A DNA stretch of 64,000 bases from positions 7,881-71,880 of IMG/VR virus record IMGVR_UViG_3300042462_000099; one strand, written 5' to 3'. This document shows, one piece after another, positions 10,601-20,095 of the stretch (positions are counted from its first letter, which is position 1; every line of letters starts with the position of its first letter). The DNA is from a virus. Taxonomy: Duplodnaviria > Caudoviricetes. The position numbers and the translations under genes are program-made. Below the pieces are notes generated by a model, which made no database searches, was not told where the DNA came from, and worked only from the letters and a program-made list of their open reading frames with translations.

Positions 10601-13600
10601 ACAGCCTTAAACAAAGCCTTGATTCCACCTTCAGCATCAATTGCTGCAAGGCGAACATTCTTAAGTCTTGTCATCAAGTCATCAATTGGGGTTGCTGCTC
10701 GTTCTGCTTTTTCTACAGGAGTAGTCACGCCTGGAATTACTGGGCCTTTATTTGCTGCCTTAGAATTTCCAACATTCCATGCTTCGGCTTCACCAGTCTT
10801 AGCAATTGCTGCTCTTTGCTCTACTCCACGATCTCCAGTAAGCCTTGCTATTCCCTTTGCAGCCATGTAAGCATCTATAACATTTGAATCACCAGAAGCA
10901 ACAAAGTCCATCATCATACTTGTTGTTATTTGTTTTCCATCTGCTCCGACAAGCATATTCCAGTTTGCAAGAATGGCTTGCATTGTAGGGTCACCCGCTT
11001 TTGCAGCGTCTTGAACCTCAATTTTTGTTAATATACTTTTTGCTTTACCATCTTTAGTTTTAAAACCATCAAGCACTTTTTTAAATGCTGCAACTTTTTT
11101 AATTTTATTAATACCATCAACATTTATATCAACAGTTGTTCCGTACTTAGCCTTCATGTTTGAAAGAATATTAATTGCTTCTGTATTTTCTTTAATATTT
11201 ACTTTATTGTCTGGATGAGAGATATACGCAACAGTTGTTTGTATTGTATTATCTGTTGCTCCACCCTTCATAAGCATTTGCATAACAACATTTGCTTCTG
11301 CTGTACTACCAGTAGCAGCAACAAGCAGTTCAAAGTCTGCAACAAATGTTCCACCTGATTCAGCAAGATCTGCTAATCTTATTGCAACAAGTGGATCAAT
11401 AGACCCTGCTGCAAGATCTAGTTGAAGAACAGTTTTAAAACTACTGTCTTTCATTCCTTCAAGTCTTGTTACAGAATTATCAGCAAAAGTCTTCATAGCA
11501 CTTGAAGAGTCTTTATATCTTTCTCCTACTGAAAGTTTTATTGCATCATTAAAGGCATCGCCTCCAACATTTGCTTTAGCAGCAACCAAAGAGTCTAGGT
11601 CTGCCTTGTTCTGAGCAGTAAGTAGTCCAAGATCCCTTGCTCTGTCTTTTTCAATTTGTGCTCTTTCTGCATCGGTTTTTGCCATTGCTAGTTTGATGTC
11701 GTACTGCTTATTAAGAGCATCTACAGCATTATTTCCACTCTCTACCGCAGAAATTGCCATCTGAACTGCTGCTGAATCAAGTTTTGCTTTTTCTTGTCCT
11801 GCTTTATTCCAGTCCCAAAGAAGTTTTGCACCAACTGCAATTGTGGCAACTGCTGCTGCCCAGCCAACTGGATTCCAGAAGTTTGTTGCTGCTGTGGCTG
11901 CAAGAACGCTTGCTGTTCCTGCTGTGGCTGCTGTGGCTGCTGCAGCACCTCCTGCAATTCCAATACCTAGTCCAACTCCTCCTGCAACAGCCCCTGTTTT
12001 TAATAGACTTCCAGCATCTTTACCAGGTTGCTTACCCCAAAGTTCCCCTCTAGAAGTATCTCCTGTTTTTTCAAGAGCATCTGTTGCACCCTTAACTGTT
12101 CTTGCTTGAATTTCTGCAATTATTTGTAATGGATTGTTTAATAAATCTTGTCCATTGGGGCCTAGTAGTTCTGACAGTTCTCCAGTAATTACTGCTGGTA
12201 TTTCATAACTACCTAGTTGTTCTCCAAGTGCAGAAGCAATACTTCTTGCTTGATCCATACTCAATACACCTTGGCTTATTGCTGTTCCAAGTTGTAGTGC
12301 TATATTTTTTCCTATATCTGTTTGAGATGCTCCAGTTTTTGCTTGAACATTAATATCTTCTAAAAGTGCTTTTCCTGGACCAGAAGTTAAATAAGTTTGT
12401 CCAGACTTTCTTGTTTCTGCATCTACTCCCGAAGCCATGTCTGCTCTTCGTTTATTTGCAGACTCTGTAGCACTTACTGTTTTTGTTATTTTAGAAATTT
12501 CTATAAGTTTATCTGTTGTCATGGACATAGAGTTACCTAAAGCAACGCCTTCTTTTCTTGCATTGTCCATAGCCTTTCTATAAAGCCATATTGCTCCGAT
12601 CACGGCTGTTAGTGCAACTCCAGCAGCAATCCAAGGATTCATAAGCATTGGAAGCATGCCTGCTACTGCTGAGGCTGCGAATAAGCCTGTTGTAACCTTT
12701 GCGTCTGCTCCTCCCATCATGGCACCCATTGCAACTGCGCCAATCGCTCCTGCTGCAGGGCCTGCTATCTTGCCAACTTTTTCTTGTCTTGCTGCTAAAT
12801 TTAATTTGCGAGTTTGTTTATTCTCTGCCTTTTGCTTTCTTGCTGCTGCTTCTTCTTCACGCTGTTTAGTTAGTTCAGCACGACGCTCACGATCTGCCCT
12901 ATTTTTTTCTTCATTGGCACGGATCTCTGCAGTTCTTGCTGCTTTTGCTTCTGCTGCTGCTTTGTCTTGTGCTGCTTTAAGACTTGCTGCTCTTGCTTTT
13001 TCTTGTAATTTTTCATGGTCACGAAGAGCCTGTGCTAACTGTGCTTCTGTTGCACCAGCCTTTTGTAGTGCAACTCTTTTTTCAATCCAGGTATCGCCCT
13101 TAGCCTTGGCTCGCATAGTTTGTCTTGGCATATCTTTCTTTGCAACAACTGAGGTTCCTGCTGGCTGATTAATAACTCTTGTATCATCTGCTGTTCCGCC
13201 AACTCTTTTTACCTTACCAGTTTTTGCTTTTCCAGAAGTTGCTTTTATTTCTTTTATTTTACCAGTTTTATTATCTCGAAGTCCTTCTCCAGGAGTAGCA
13301 AGAATAAATTCACCAGTTCTTTTGTTTAAACGTAAATCAATAAGTTGCTTATATTTTTTTATGTCATCGTAAAAAGTCTTGCCTTTTCCAGTTCTTTCAT
13401 CTATAATAAACTTTGCTGCCTCGGCTGCATATTTTGTTTCTGGGTTGATCATTCCAGACAATCCTGGTGGTGCCTTTTTAGTTTCTAGAAGTGCATGGGC
13501 TTTTAATTCTAACTCTGCTGCTTTAGAAACCAGCATTGCTTCTTGTGCTGTAATTGGATGTCTTCCAGAAGCAAGGAATTTTGCAGCAGCGTTATACTCT

Positions 13601-16600
13601 CCATTTTTTGTGCCTAAAAGATTTCCATTTTTCTTATCCCAGGCTATTAAATTTGATGTTCTTTTTTCGGTTAAATAGTTGTTTACTGCACCTAAATCAC
13701 CAAAAGCGTAACCCTTATTCCATTTCTCTGCAGCCCTTGCAATTGAACTTTGTCCCTTTTCTGCTTTTCCTGGTTCTACGTGTGCTGCTTCTATTTGAAC
13801 AAGTCTTGCTATTTTTCCAGAATCTAAGTTTGGATACTTCTCTTGCATATAAGCCTTTAACTTAGAAACTTCTCCTTGTGCTCCAAGGGCTTTGTTCTTT
13901 GCCTCTGTCTCTGCTAATACTGCCTTATACTCTTTGTACCCTTCAATATTATTAGACTTGAATCCACCAGCAGCCTTTGTTGGTCCACCAATTGTTAAAC
14001 GCTCTTTTAGTTTGCTCCAATTAGCAAACGATCTGTCTGATACTCTTTTACCCTTTTGAGAATCAACATCAAAAAGATATCTCATGCTTTGCTTTAGATG
14101 ATCAGCAGTTGCGCCCTTTTCTCCTTTACGGCCAGTAAAGATTAGTCCATCTGGGCCTTGAACTGTTTGGGCTGCCAGGTTCTTAAGAAATAGGGGTTTC
14201 TTTTTTCTCCAGGCTTCTCTTGTTTTTTCTGTAATTTCTGGGCCACGAACAACGTCGTCCATATATCTTTCAAGGTCAACTACGTGTGGAGGCATAGCCT
14301 TTGCTTGTGTTGGGCCATCTGGAATAACTCCAGCCATGTGACCACTTACCCAGAAATCTTGATTAGCGTGTCCAGCCTGTCTTTGCTTTAACTGTTGCTC
14401 TTCAAACTTTTTAATAATCTCTGCTGCTGTTGCTTGTTTTGGTGTTGAAGGTTTGACTGCAGAATGAACTGCATGATATTGCGACCAGTCAACCTTAAGA
14501 CCTTGTTCAAGTCTTTTAATCATTCCATTGTAGACAACTTTTTCGTCTTTATTTAATCCGAACCCCTTTACAGTTTGTCTTAGTTTTGGAAGAACTGTTT
14601 CAATCTCTGTTCGCATTGCAGTGTTATATTCTGCTGCGGACATACCCTTTGGAATTGGTAATGTTGATTCAGCAAAGAACCTTCTTGCCCCACCCTTTTC
14701 TCCCAACAGATTAATATTGGCCATCTTTTCCATTGAAAGCATATCTTTTGGTTTTGCATAATCTCTTCCAAGTTTCTGGGTGGCTGCCTGAAATACTCCC
14801 ATGGTGCCAGCATCTGCAAGTTTATTTCCAGATAGATTACCTCCATGAAGGTCTCTATCTCCTCTTAGATTTGCTGCTACTAACTGTCTAAAATATTCTT
14901 CCTTGCTAAACTTGCCACCCATATTCTTTTCAGCAAATTTAGCATCAAATGGGGATTCAAGAACAATAATTTTTCTTTTTCCAGAAGGATCTAAGGGATC
15001 ACGCATTGTTCTAATTGTTTGCATTGGTGCATCAAGGCCGTGTGCCTGTCTTGCTATCACCGTTGCTCTTTGTTCTGCAAGAGCAGCCTTTTCGTCTACC
15101 ATTGGCTTTACAAATACTTTATCTCCATTTGGCTTTTGATACATACCGCCAATACCAGGAACTGGGAAACTTCTTCCAGATGAGTCTGCAATTTTTCTAC
15201 CAAAGTCAGTTGGGGCCATTGATCCAAATCTACTATTTTTTGCTGCTTCTGCAACTTGCTTTAGTGTTAACTCTTGCTGCATTCTCTTTGTTACTGCATC
15301 AAAAGACTTTGGCATTCCTAAAAATAGTGGTTGAGAAGAAGATTGAGATTTTCTATATGCATCAATTTGTGGTTTAATCCAAGGATACTTGTCCAAGTTT
15401 CTTTGACGTTGTTCAGCACGTCTTGCATCTTGTGCTTTTCTAATTGATTCTAATTGAGGAGAAAGCGTTCTTGATACCTGTGCTCCCTTTGCTGCTGGCA
15501 ACTTTCCAGCCATATGTCCTGGAACACTATCGGTAAATATTGCCTTAAGAAGTCCATGATGCTTTTCAGTTAACTTTGCTGGAATAACTGCTTCACCTGG
15601 AGCAAGCATTGCTGGTTGAATATCTCCAGCACCCTTTGGTCCTGGAACTGTTAGAACTCCGTCTTTATACTTTTTTACTTTTAGTCCAGCCTTGGCTGCC
15701 GTTGCTCCTGCTTTACCACCTGTAAATAGCCCAGGGCTTGATGCTGCAAGAGTTCTTGCTTGAGATGCTGCTGTCTGATAAGCCCTTCCAAGTGCTTCTA
15801 CGGATGCTCTTTCTACTCCAAATACCTGAATAAGTTTTTGATGAGCACCGTGAAGTGCATTAGACTGTACTGTATTTTCAAGTTGATCTTGAGTTAAATA
15901 GTCAAACCCTGAACCAAGTAACTTAGTCTGCCCATTTAGTTTAGCAATTCCACCACGAAGCATTGCAAAGAATTTGATTACGTTTGCAACACCGTTAGCA
16001 AGCAAACCAAATGTCATAAGAACTACTGGTCCTATTCCGCCAAGTACTGCAAGCATAATGGTTACAAACTTCTTTGTTCCATCACTAAGATTATTGAACT
16101 TCTCCATTAACCCGCCAAAGAATTTAACTACTGGAGTAAGGGCTTCTAGGAATGCCTTTCCTAAAGGCATTATTTCTACTTTAAACTTTTCAATTGCTGC
16201 CTGGAATTTTACTCCGACTGCATCTTCAACTTTTCCTAATTCTCGCTCAGATAGGATTGCAAGATCTTGAACAGATGCTCCAGCAAGTGCTAATGTTCTA
16301 CTTGCTTGAGATCCATCTGCTGTTATATTCTGAAATAAAGTTGATAGACGAGCAAACTGGAACTTACCGAACATCTGCTCAATTGCTCTTGCACGGTTAA
16401 GTGGATCAAGAGTATCAAGTGCTTGTGCAAAACCAATAACAGTATTCTTTAGATTTCCAGCATTCTGTTCAACAATTCCTTGTACGTTAATACCCATACC
16501 AGCAAGCATTGCTGATGCTTTCTTGGTTGGGTTAATTAATGCTGCAAGACCAGACTTTAGTGCGTTGGCACCTTCTGATGCATTAATTCCGCCTTCCTTC

Positions 16601-17721
16601 ATTGCTGTAAGGAAGAATGCAAGATCTTCTACAGAACCACCAAGTTGCTTAACAACTGGTGCTGCTTTAGGAATAGCAATTGTTAAATCTTCAATAGAAA
16701 GGACTGTCTGGTTTTCTACTGCGTTAAGGAAATCAATTTTCTTTGCAAGGTCTTCTGCTGCGATGCCAAAAGAGTTAGTCAATGATATTGTTGTTTCAAG
16801 TGCTTGCTGTTGATCAACTTGACCAAGAACTGCTAACTTAGTTGCTGTCTTTACTTGCTCTTCAAGTGCCCTGCCAGAAAAACCTGCAGCAGCAGCCTTG
16901 GCTGCCATTGCCATTGTGTCTTTTACTGATAGACCAAACTTTGTGTACTCAACACCAATTCGTTTAATATTTTCAACTGCTGTATTTGCCTCTGCGTCAG
17001 AGGTCATCATGTTTCCATAAACACGTCTAAAGTTAACTGTTTCTTTTTCTAGTTCTCTAAAAGCCTTCGATGCTGCACCCATAAACATCATTAATGGTAT
17101 TGTCAAACCAACCATTAACTGACGACCAGCCCACTGCATATTCTTACCGTAATTTAGAAGGCTAGTAGAGCCTTGCTTTAATAATTGATTAAGAAGTTGC
17201 TGTCTCTGTGCTGCGTATTGTATGCGTGTACCAAGTTCTGTAAACTTACCATTAGTCATTGCAAGGGTTCTTGGCATTACCCTGATCGCATCGACAAGCC
17301 CTCCGTTAGCCTTTGCCAACTGAATATACTGAGACTGAATTGCCTTTACTCTGTCACGTCTTGCACGGTTAAAGATTTCACGCTCTGCTGCAAAAGCACG
17401 ACTAAAAACCTTAGTGTTGGCAGTTGCAGCAGCAGCGGAATATCTGAAGTATTGCTTAAGGCTTAACTGGTTTTTTTCTAGTGCAGAGGTGAAAGCATGT
17501 GTACTAGTTTGCGCCCTAATCTGACTTGCAGAAAACTGCCCAGTCGCATTTATAGACTGAAGCATTGCAGCATTTAAACCCTTTTGGGCATTTGCTGCTG
17601 CAACGTTACCTTGTGCTAGGGATTGATGAAATTTACTAAGTGCTCCTTGGAGTCTACGCAACTCTGCCAGCGCACCAGCGGTGTCAAAATGTATACCTAT
17701 GTTAGCATTTACATCAGACAC
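7696..17721 (-). CDS. tail tape measure protein with internal cargo domains
   Basis: 3341 aa, Ala/Lys-rich helical; TP901-type TMP core (GINASEGANALKSGL); hydrophobic segments; MLAPGEAVIP and MLTPGEFVM motifs; follows chaperone genes. Confidence 0.93.
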   Translation of the reverse strand: MSDVNANIGIHFDTAGALAELRRLQGALSKFHQSLAQGNVAAANAQKGLNAAMLQSINATGQFSASQIRAQTSTHAFTSALEKNQLSLKQYFRYSAAAATANTKVFSRAFAAEREIFNRARRDRVKAIQSQYIQLAKANGGLVDAIRVMPRTLAMTNGKFTELGTRIQYAAQRQQLLNQLLKQGSTSLLNYGKNMQWAGRQLMVGLTIPLMMFMGAASKAFRELEKETVNFRRVYGNMMTSDAEANTAVENIKRIGVEYTKFGLSVKDTMAMAAKAAAAGFSGRALEEQVKTATKLAVLGQVDQQQALETTISLTNSFGIAAEDLAKKIDFLNAVENQTVLSIEDLTIAIPKAAPVVKQLGGSVEDLAFFLTAMKEGGINASEGANALKSGLAALINPTKKASAMLAGMGINVQGIVEQNAGNLKNTVIGFAQALDTLDPLNRARAIEQMFGKFQFARLSTLFQNITADGSQASRTLALAGASVQDLAILSERELGKVEDAVGVKFQAAIEKFKVEIMPLGKAFLEALTPVVKFFGGLMEKFNNLSDGTKKFVTIMLAVLGGIGPVVLMTFGLLANGVANVIKFFAMLRGGIAKLNGQTKLLGSGFDYLTQDQLENTVQSNALHGAHQKLIQVFGVERASVEALGRAYQTAASQARTLAASSPGLFTGGKAGATAAKAGLKVKKYKDGVLTVPGPKGAGDIQPAMLAPGEAVIPAKLTEKHHGLLKAIFTDSVPGHMAGKLPAAKGAQVSRTLSPQLESIRKAQDARRAEQRQRNLDKYPWIKPQIDAYRKSQSSSQPLFLGMPKSFDAVTKRMQQELTLKQVAEAAKNSRFGSMAPTDFGRKIADSSGRSFPVPGIGGMYQKPNGDKVFVKPMVDEKAALAEQRATVIARQAHGLDAPMQTIRTMRDPLDPSGKRKIIVLESPFDAKFAEKNMGGKFSKEEYFRQLVAANLRGDRDLHGGNLSGNKLADAGTMGVFQAATQKLGRDYAKPKDMLSMEKMANINLLGEKGGARRFFAESTLPIPKGMSAAEYNTAMRTEIETVLPKLRQTVKGFGLNKDEKVVYNGMIKRLEQGLKVDWSQYHAVHSAVKPSTPKQATAAEIIKKFEEQQLKQRQAGHANQDFWVSGHMAGVIPDGPTQAKAMPPHVVDLERYMDDVVRGPEITEKTREAWRKKKPLFLKNLAAQTVQGPDGLIFTGRKGEKGATADHLKQSMRYLFDVDSQKGKRVSDRSFANWSKLKERLTIGGPTKAAGGFKSNNIEGYKEYKAVLAETEAKNKALGAQGEVSKLKAYMQEKYPNLDSGKIARLVQIEAAHVEPGKAEKGQSSIARAAEKWNKGYAFGDLGAVNNYLTEKRTSNLIAWDKKNGNLLGTKNGEYNAAAKFLASGRHPITAQEAMLVSKAAELELKAHALLETKKAPPGLSGMINPETKYAAEAAKFIIDERTGKGKTFYDDIKKYKQLIDLRLNKRTGEFILATPGEGLRDNKTGKIKEIKATSGKAKTGKVKRVGGTADDTRVINQPAGTSVVAKKDMPRQTMRAKAKGDTWIEKRVALQKAGATEAQLAQALRDHEKLQEKARAASLKAAQDKAAAEAKAARTAEIRANEEKNRADRERRAELTKQREEEAAARKQKAENKQTRKLNLAARQEKVGKIAGPAAGAIGAVAMGAMMGGADAKVTTGLFAASAVAGMLPMLMNPWIAAGVALTAVIGAIWLYRKAMDNARKEGVALGNSMSMTTDKLIEISKITKTVSATESANKRRADMASGVDAETRKSGQTYLTSGPGKALLEDINVQAKTGASQTDIGKNIALQLGTAISQGVLSMDQARSIASALGEQLGSYEIPAVITGELSELLGPNGQDLLNNPLQIIAEIQARTVKGATDALEKTGDTSRGELWGKQPGKDAGSLLKTGAVAGGVGLGIGIAGGAAAATAATAGTASVLAATAATNFWNPVGWAAAVATIAVGAKLLWDWNKAGQEKAKLDSAAVQMAISAVESGNNAVDALNKQYDIKLAMAKTDAERAQIEKDRARDLGLLTAQNKADLDSLVAAKANVGGDAFNDAIKLSVGERYKDSSSAMKTFADNSVTRLEGMKDSSFKTVLQLDLAAGSIDPLVAIRLADLAESGGTFVADFELLVAATGSTAEANVVMQMLMKGGATDNTIQTTVAYISHPDNKVNIKENTEAINILSNMKAKYGTTVDINVDGINKIKKVAAFKKVLDGFKTKDGKAKSILTKIEVQDAAKAGDPTMQAILANWNMLVGADGKQITTSMMMDFVASGDSNVIDAYMAAKGIARLTGDRGVEQRAAIAKTGEAEAWNVGNSKAANKGPVIPGVTTPVEKAERAATPIDDLMTRLKNVRLAAIDAEGGIKALFKAVSGGQIGNKFNGIQQQLMGMKSGKPTQATDPTKGYNGQFIDWFTGLDKTEQAKYGKVATKKVKSGKNKGRVLDPNDPKGKKFLAKGAKVGDLALNTKGKEVAAGFDKAIIGDFNVAQIQTIRNFDQQSIVMKKLAGLGMTNTQIQRVLSDEAYTTAIATGKITDEELRINNALAVQADTRDKINNIVSQGARARQENADMARRQELQAFLASSGLSRGISEGAMTDALGDPEQLSTLLAAMDAVKNKTAGANASLQDVVDSLNEIKKNSDIKVNITKTVSEIIMGGASAAQEALGIKSRLRSRMTGSELAGYVSEKGTRPDGTTYGGVNVGAKAVANVASRMIDPTTKKAYTPEALTSLLGNKTQASVGKERSLVASQMNVANANMAQIQTKFDNISKSMNDAVDAVNADYDAREKAVQDKINKLQSDADTAISAKEDKIKKDFDDPIKKYQDKSNVLSHDLSLIDKAAEDINKKYDLQAEALQNVLSINERISREQQQQLGLADALSSGDISAAAAAVQDIRSANAGDFGNAQMDGLNQSRENDVNALTNKDGKTRTQILEEQYIISEQIYALENNPERVLLEQQIADIKTKLESDLKAAKAEQDALEPARQAAIAAAKAATEAQLKAVQAEMDAQQAIVTALAEQDASLATQEAALIAINAELDDVETFAGLTADDWERIALAAEATSEAMEKRMKDAIAAVAESTAKGAKSMADILRDINLLPSSKTIEIFTKEYKTVYVNTVATTTTVTAPTTTTTTNPTVCTAPLVSDGKGNCVKPEKPAGDYGWDNAKGWVKGGPGSANDWDFSDNSSGTEKNARDAAIAETARRIKEEAEAKAAAEALALLKAKEAAELKADRFATDFGWYGLAKGGIVPKYMSVGGFAKGTDTVPAMLTPGEFVMSKYAVDSYGVDRMKAINNGDSIGDSVYNYSINVNVKSDSNPDEIAKTVIAQIKGIDAQKIRGNRL

Positions 17722-17750
17722 TATTCATAACACCCCTTTTCATTTTTTGT

Positions 17751-18074
17751 CTATCGAATTGAATTTACAATATTTGCTGTATCACCAAGATTGATTCCTG
17801 CTGCTACTTCAATAATTTTATATACCGTTGGAAGATCTAAGATTTCTTCTAGGTTTTCTCTATCTTCTGCGATATCTGCCTTGTACTGCTTTAGGGCAAT
17901 CTGTACGCAATCAACTAATACATCCATTGACTTTTCGTTATCATCTGCCACTGTCGCCAATTCTCCAAAGCGCTTCATGAAAGGCTTAAGAAGAGACAGT
18001 TTAAGTGGTCTTACTTCAATCGTTGTTCCATCAAGAAATGATATTTCATTTTTCTCTTGAGTCTTTGCTGCCAT
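17751..18074 (-). CDS. tail assembly chaperone (short paralog)
   Basis: Between tail tube and TMP; clearly similar to the N-terminal half of 18131..18811. Confidence 0.7.
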   Translation of the reverse strand: MAAKTQEKNEISFLDGTTIEVRPLKLSLLKPFMKRFGELATVADDNEKSMDVLVDCVQIALKQYKADIAEDRENLEEILDLPTVYKIIEVAAGINLGDTANIVNSIR

Positions 18075-18130
18075 TGTATTTCCCCCTTGTGGTAGTAATT
18101 AATTATACCACGCTGAGAGCCTATTTTTAA

Positions 18131-18811
18131 CTAAATTGTTTCGTACTCTAGACCCATATTTATACCAAAACCAGCCTGCTTTGCCTTTATTCCTTGATAA
18201 GAAAGGATATCATTTGCATCTCTTGCTTCGCCTTTACCGAATACTCTTGACTTCATTTCTTCCCATTCATCTTTTTTGCCAAGACTCTTATCTAAATCTA
18301 CCCCTTGCATTGCTGCTAAAAACTTATTATGTCGATATTCCTGGTCTCTTTTTGCTGCCAAGGTAGCAGACAGTTCTGGCATTGACAAAGATAGTTCTAG
18401 TTCTTCGTAGTCTTTCCATATACCAAGAAGAAACACTTCTGATTCTAATGCTGCAAGATCTAAGCCTTCCCAAGATGTACCGCTTTCTTTTGCCTGCTCT
18501 ACAACTGGCTCTTCTTCTTTTTCGTTTATTTTGATTCCAGCAGCAATCGCTAGTATTTCGTATACCGTTGGCATATCTAAATTATCTTGGATATCTTCTA
18601 CACTATTAGATATTTGAGGATAGTATTGTTTCATAGATATTCTTACACACTCTGATAATGCTTCCATACCTTCTTCATCATTTTTAGATTCCTTGACAAC
18701 TTCAAAAGCAATCATAAACTCTCTTAAGTATTTTATTTTTAATGGAGAAACCTCAACAGGAGTATCATCAATTAAATGAATAGTCAAAGAGTCGTATATT
18801 TTTGTTGTCAT
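18131..18811 (-). CDS. tail assembly chaperone (long form)
   Basis: Position between tube and TMP; start moved to ATG 18811, 6 nt downstream of TGGTATACT. Confidence 0.7.
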   Translation of the reverse strand: MTTKIYDSLTIHLIDDTPVEVSPLKIKYLREFMIAFEVVKESKNDEEGMEALSECVRISMKQYYPQISNSVEDIQDNLDMPTVYEILAIAAGIKINEKEEEPVVEQAKESGTSWEGLDLAALESEVFLLGIWKDYEELELSLSMPELSATLAAKRDQEYRHNKFLAAMQGVDLDKSLGKKDEWEEMKSRVFGKGEARDANDILSYQGIKAKQAGFGINMGLEYETI

Positions 18812-18828
18812 AAAACAAGTATACCAAA

Positions 18829-18860
18829 CAGAAAAGCCCAATCTCGAAAGACTGGGCTAT
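18829..18860 (-). terminator. intrinsic terminator after tail tube gene
   Basis: AGCCCAGTC-TTTCGA-GATTGGGCT hairpin followed by TTTCTGTTT on the minus strand. Confidence 0.8.
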
Positions 18861-18878
18861 CTGCTTTATTAAGTTGTA

Positions 18879-19502
18879 TTATGCTAGATCTGTACGGTCT
18901 ACGATCTTGCCGTATGAACCGTCATTGTTTGGTAGCAAACGGAATGAAACTTCAAACATTGAAGCCTCGTCACGCTTTGATGATACAGAAACATTCTCAA
19001 TTGAGATTGCACGGTATGCTGAGTAAATACGCTCAACAGCCTTGTCTGCTCCACCATAACCTGAACCTACTGCAATAAGACCACGCTCAACTGGGACATC
19101 GCCCAAGTCTCCTGCAGAAATATCAAGTGTAACCTTATCAAGATCTGAGTCATCTAGATCTGCGTCTGGACGAGCAATTGCAATTAGCAAGTTTTCTAGA
19201 GTTGCCTCTGCGAAAGATGTTGCCATTGTTACCTGCATGCCCTGCTTAAATAGTTTTGCTACGTCAAGAACCTGATCCACGTTAACTTCACCGAAGTCTG
19301 GTTGGAACTGTAGTTCTAGTCCGTTGCTTGTATAACCAACATTTGTAAAACCTGTTGGACCTGAAGTTGCTGATAGTGTATCAACATACTTTGTCCCAGG
19401 TACGAATGCTGGTGTTGTTGCCATAGTTCCAGTTGCGTTCTTTACGAACAGTGCTGCTGCACCAACAATAATGTTGCTGGAATTACCTTTTTGATATGCC
19501 AT
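18879..19502 (-). CDS. major tail tube protein
   Basis: IIVGAAALF, VGYTSNGLEL, SFAEATLENL motifs typical of actinophage tail tube proteins; position in operon. Confidence 0.85.
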   Translation of the reverse strand: MAYQKGNSSNIIVGAAALFVKNATGTMATTPAFVPGTKYVDTLSATSGPTGFTNVGYTSNGLELQFQPDFGEVNVDQVLDVAKLFKQGMQVTMATSFAEATLENLLIAIARPDADLDDSDLDKVTLDISAGDLGDVPVERGLIAVGSGYGGADKAVERIYSAYRAISIENVSVSSKRDEASMFEVSFRLLPNNDGSYGKIVDRTDLA

Positions 19503-19573
19503 GCTTCCACCTCTTTTTCCTTGTTAGAATTTGAAGCGCTTGTTTCCTCGTTCTTATTATATCACCATTTTTA

Positions 19574-20095
19574 CTAGTCTGATTTGTGCCAGTCGTAGTC
19601 GATGATCATCTTATTCCCCGCATATGTTCGGGCTGTTCCGAAATCAATGATATCTCTTACTTCTTCTAGTTGATAGATCTTAAAATGATGGAAGAATACA
19701 GGCTTAGATTCTGCTGACCATAGTCCTACATTTTCTCTTGCCCAGTTGTTAATTTCTTCTGCAGACTCATCTCCAGAGTCTAGTAGGTCGCTGACATACT
19801 GCTGGATGTGAACCATTTGCTCCTGTGGAAGCATTGTTGCATTACCTGTAGCATAAAAGTAGTATAAGACCTGCTCACACTTTATATGTGGAAATGGGCC
19901 TCTACGCATTCTAAACATTCTGTCATATACCGCAAAAAGTCCATTGCTGTTTGGAAAAGTCTGTGTCAAAGAGTCAATGTCTGTTGGAAGAGTTGGAAAG
20001 AAATATGTTGCCTCTCCAGTTCCAAATCTTTCATCTATCTTTGCTGCAAGATACTTATTGATTATACTTGGTGGATGATGTATTAGTGCTGACAT
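19574..20095 (-). CDS. putative tail terminator/completion protein
   Basis: Synteny: gene immediately before tail tube. Confidence 0.55.
   Translation of the reverse strand: MSALIHHPPSIINKYLAAKIDERFGTGEATYFFPTLPTDIDSLTQTFPNSNGLFAVYDRMFRMRRGPFPHIKCEQVLYYFYATGNATMLPQEQMVHIQQYVSDLLDSGDESAEEINNWARENVGLWSAESKPVFFHHFKIYQLEEVRDIIDFGTARTYAGNKMIIDYDWHKSD

Noticed and set aside
7889-17466. Numerous plus-strand ORFs opposite the tape measure gene
   Set aside because: Antisense shadows of Ala/Lys-rich codons; no SD or promoters and no recognisable motifs.
18131-18811. Programmed -1 frameshift in the chaperone gene
   Set aside because: The long chaperone is a single open frame, and the downstream short gene has its own promoter and SD.
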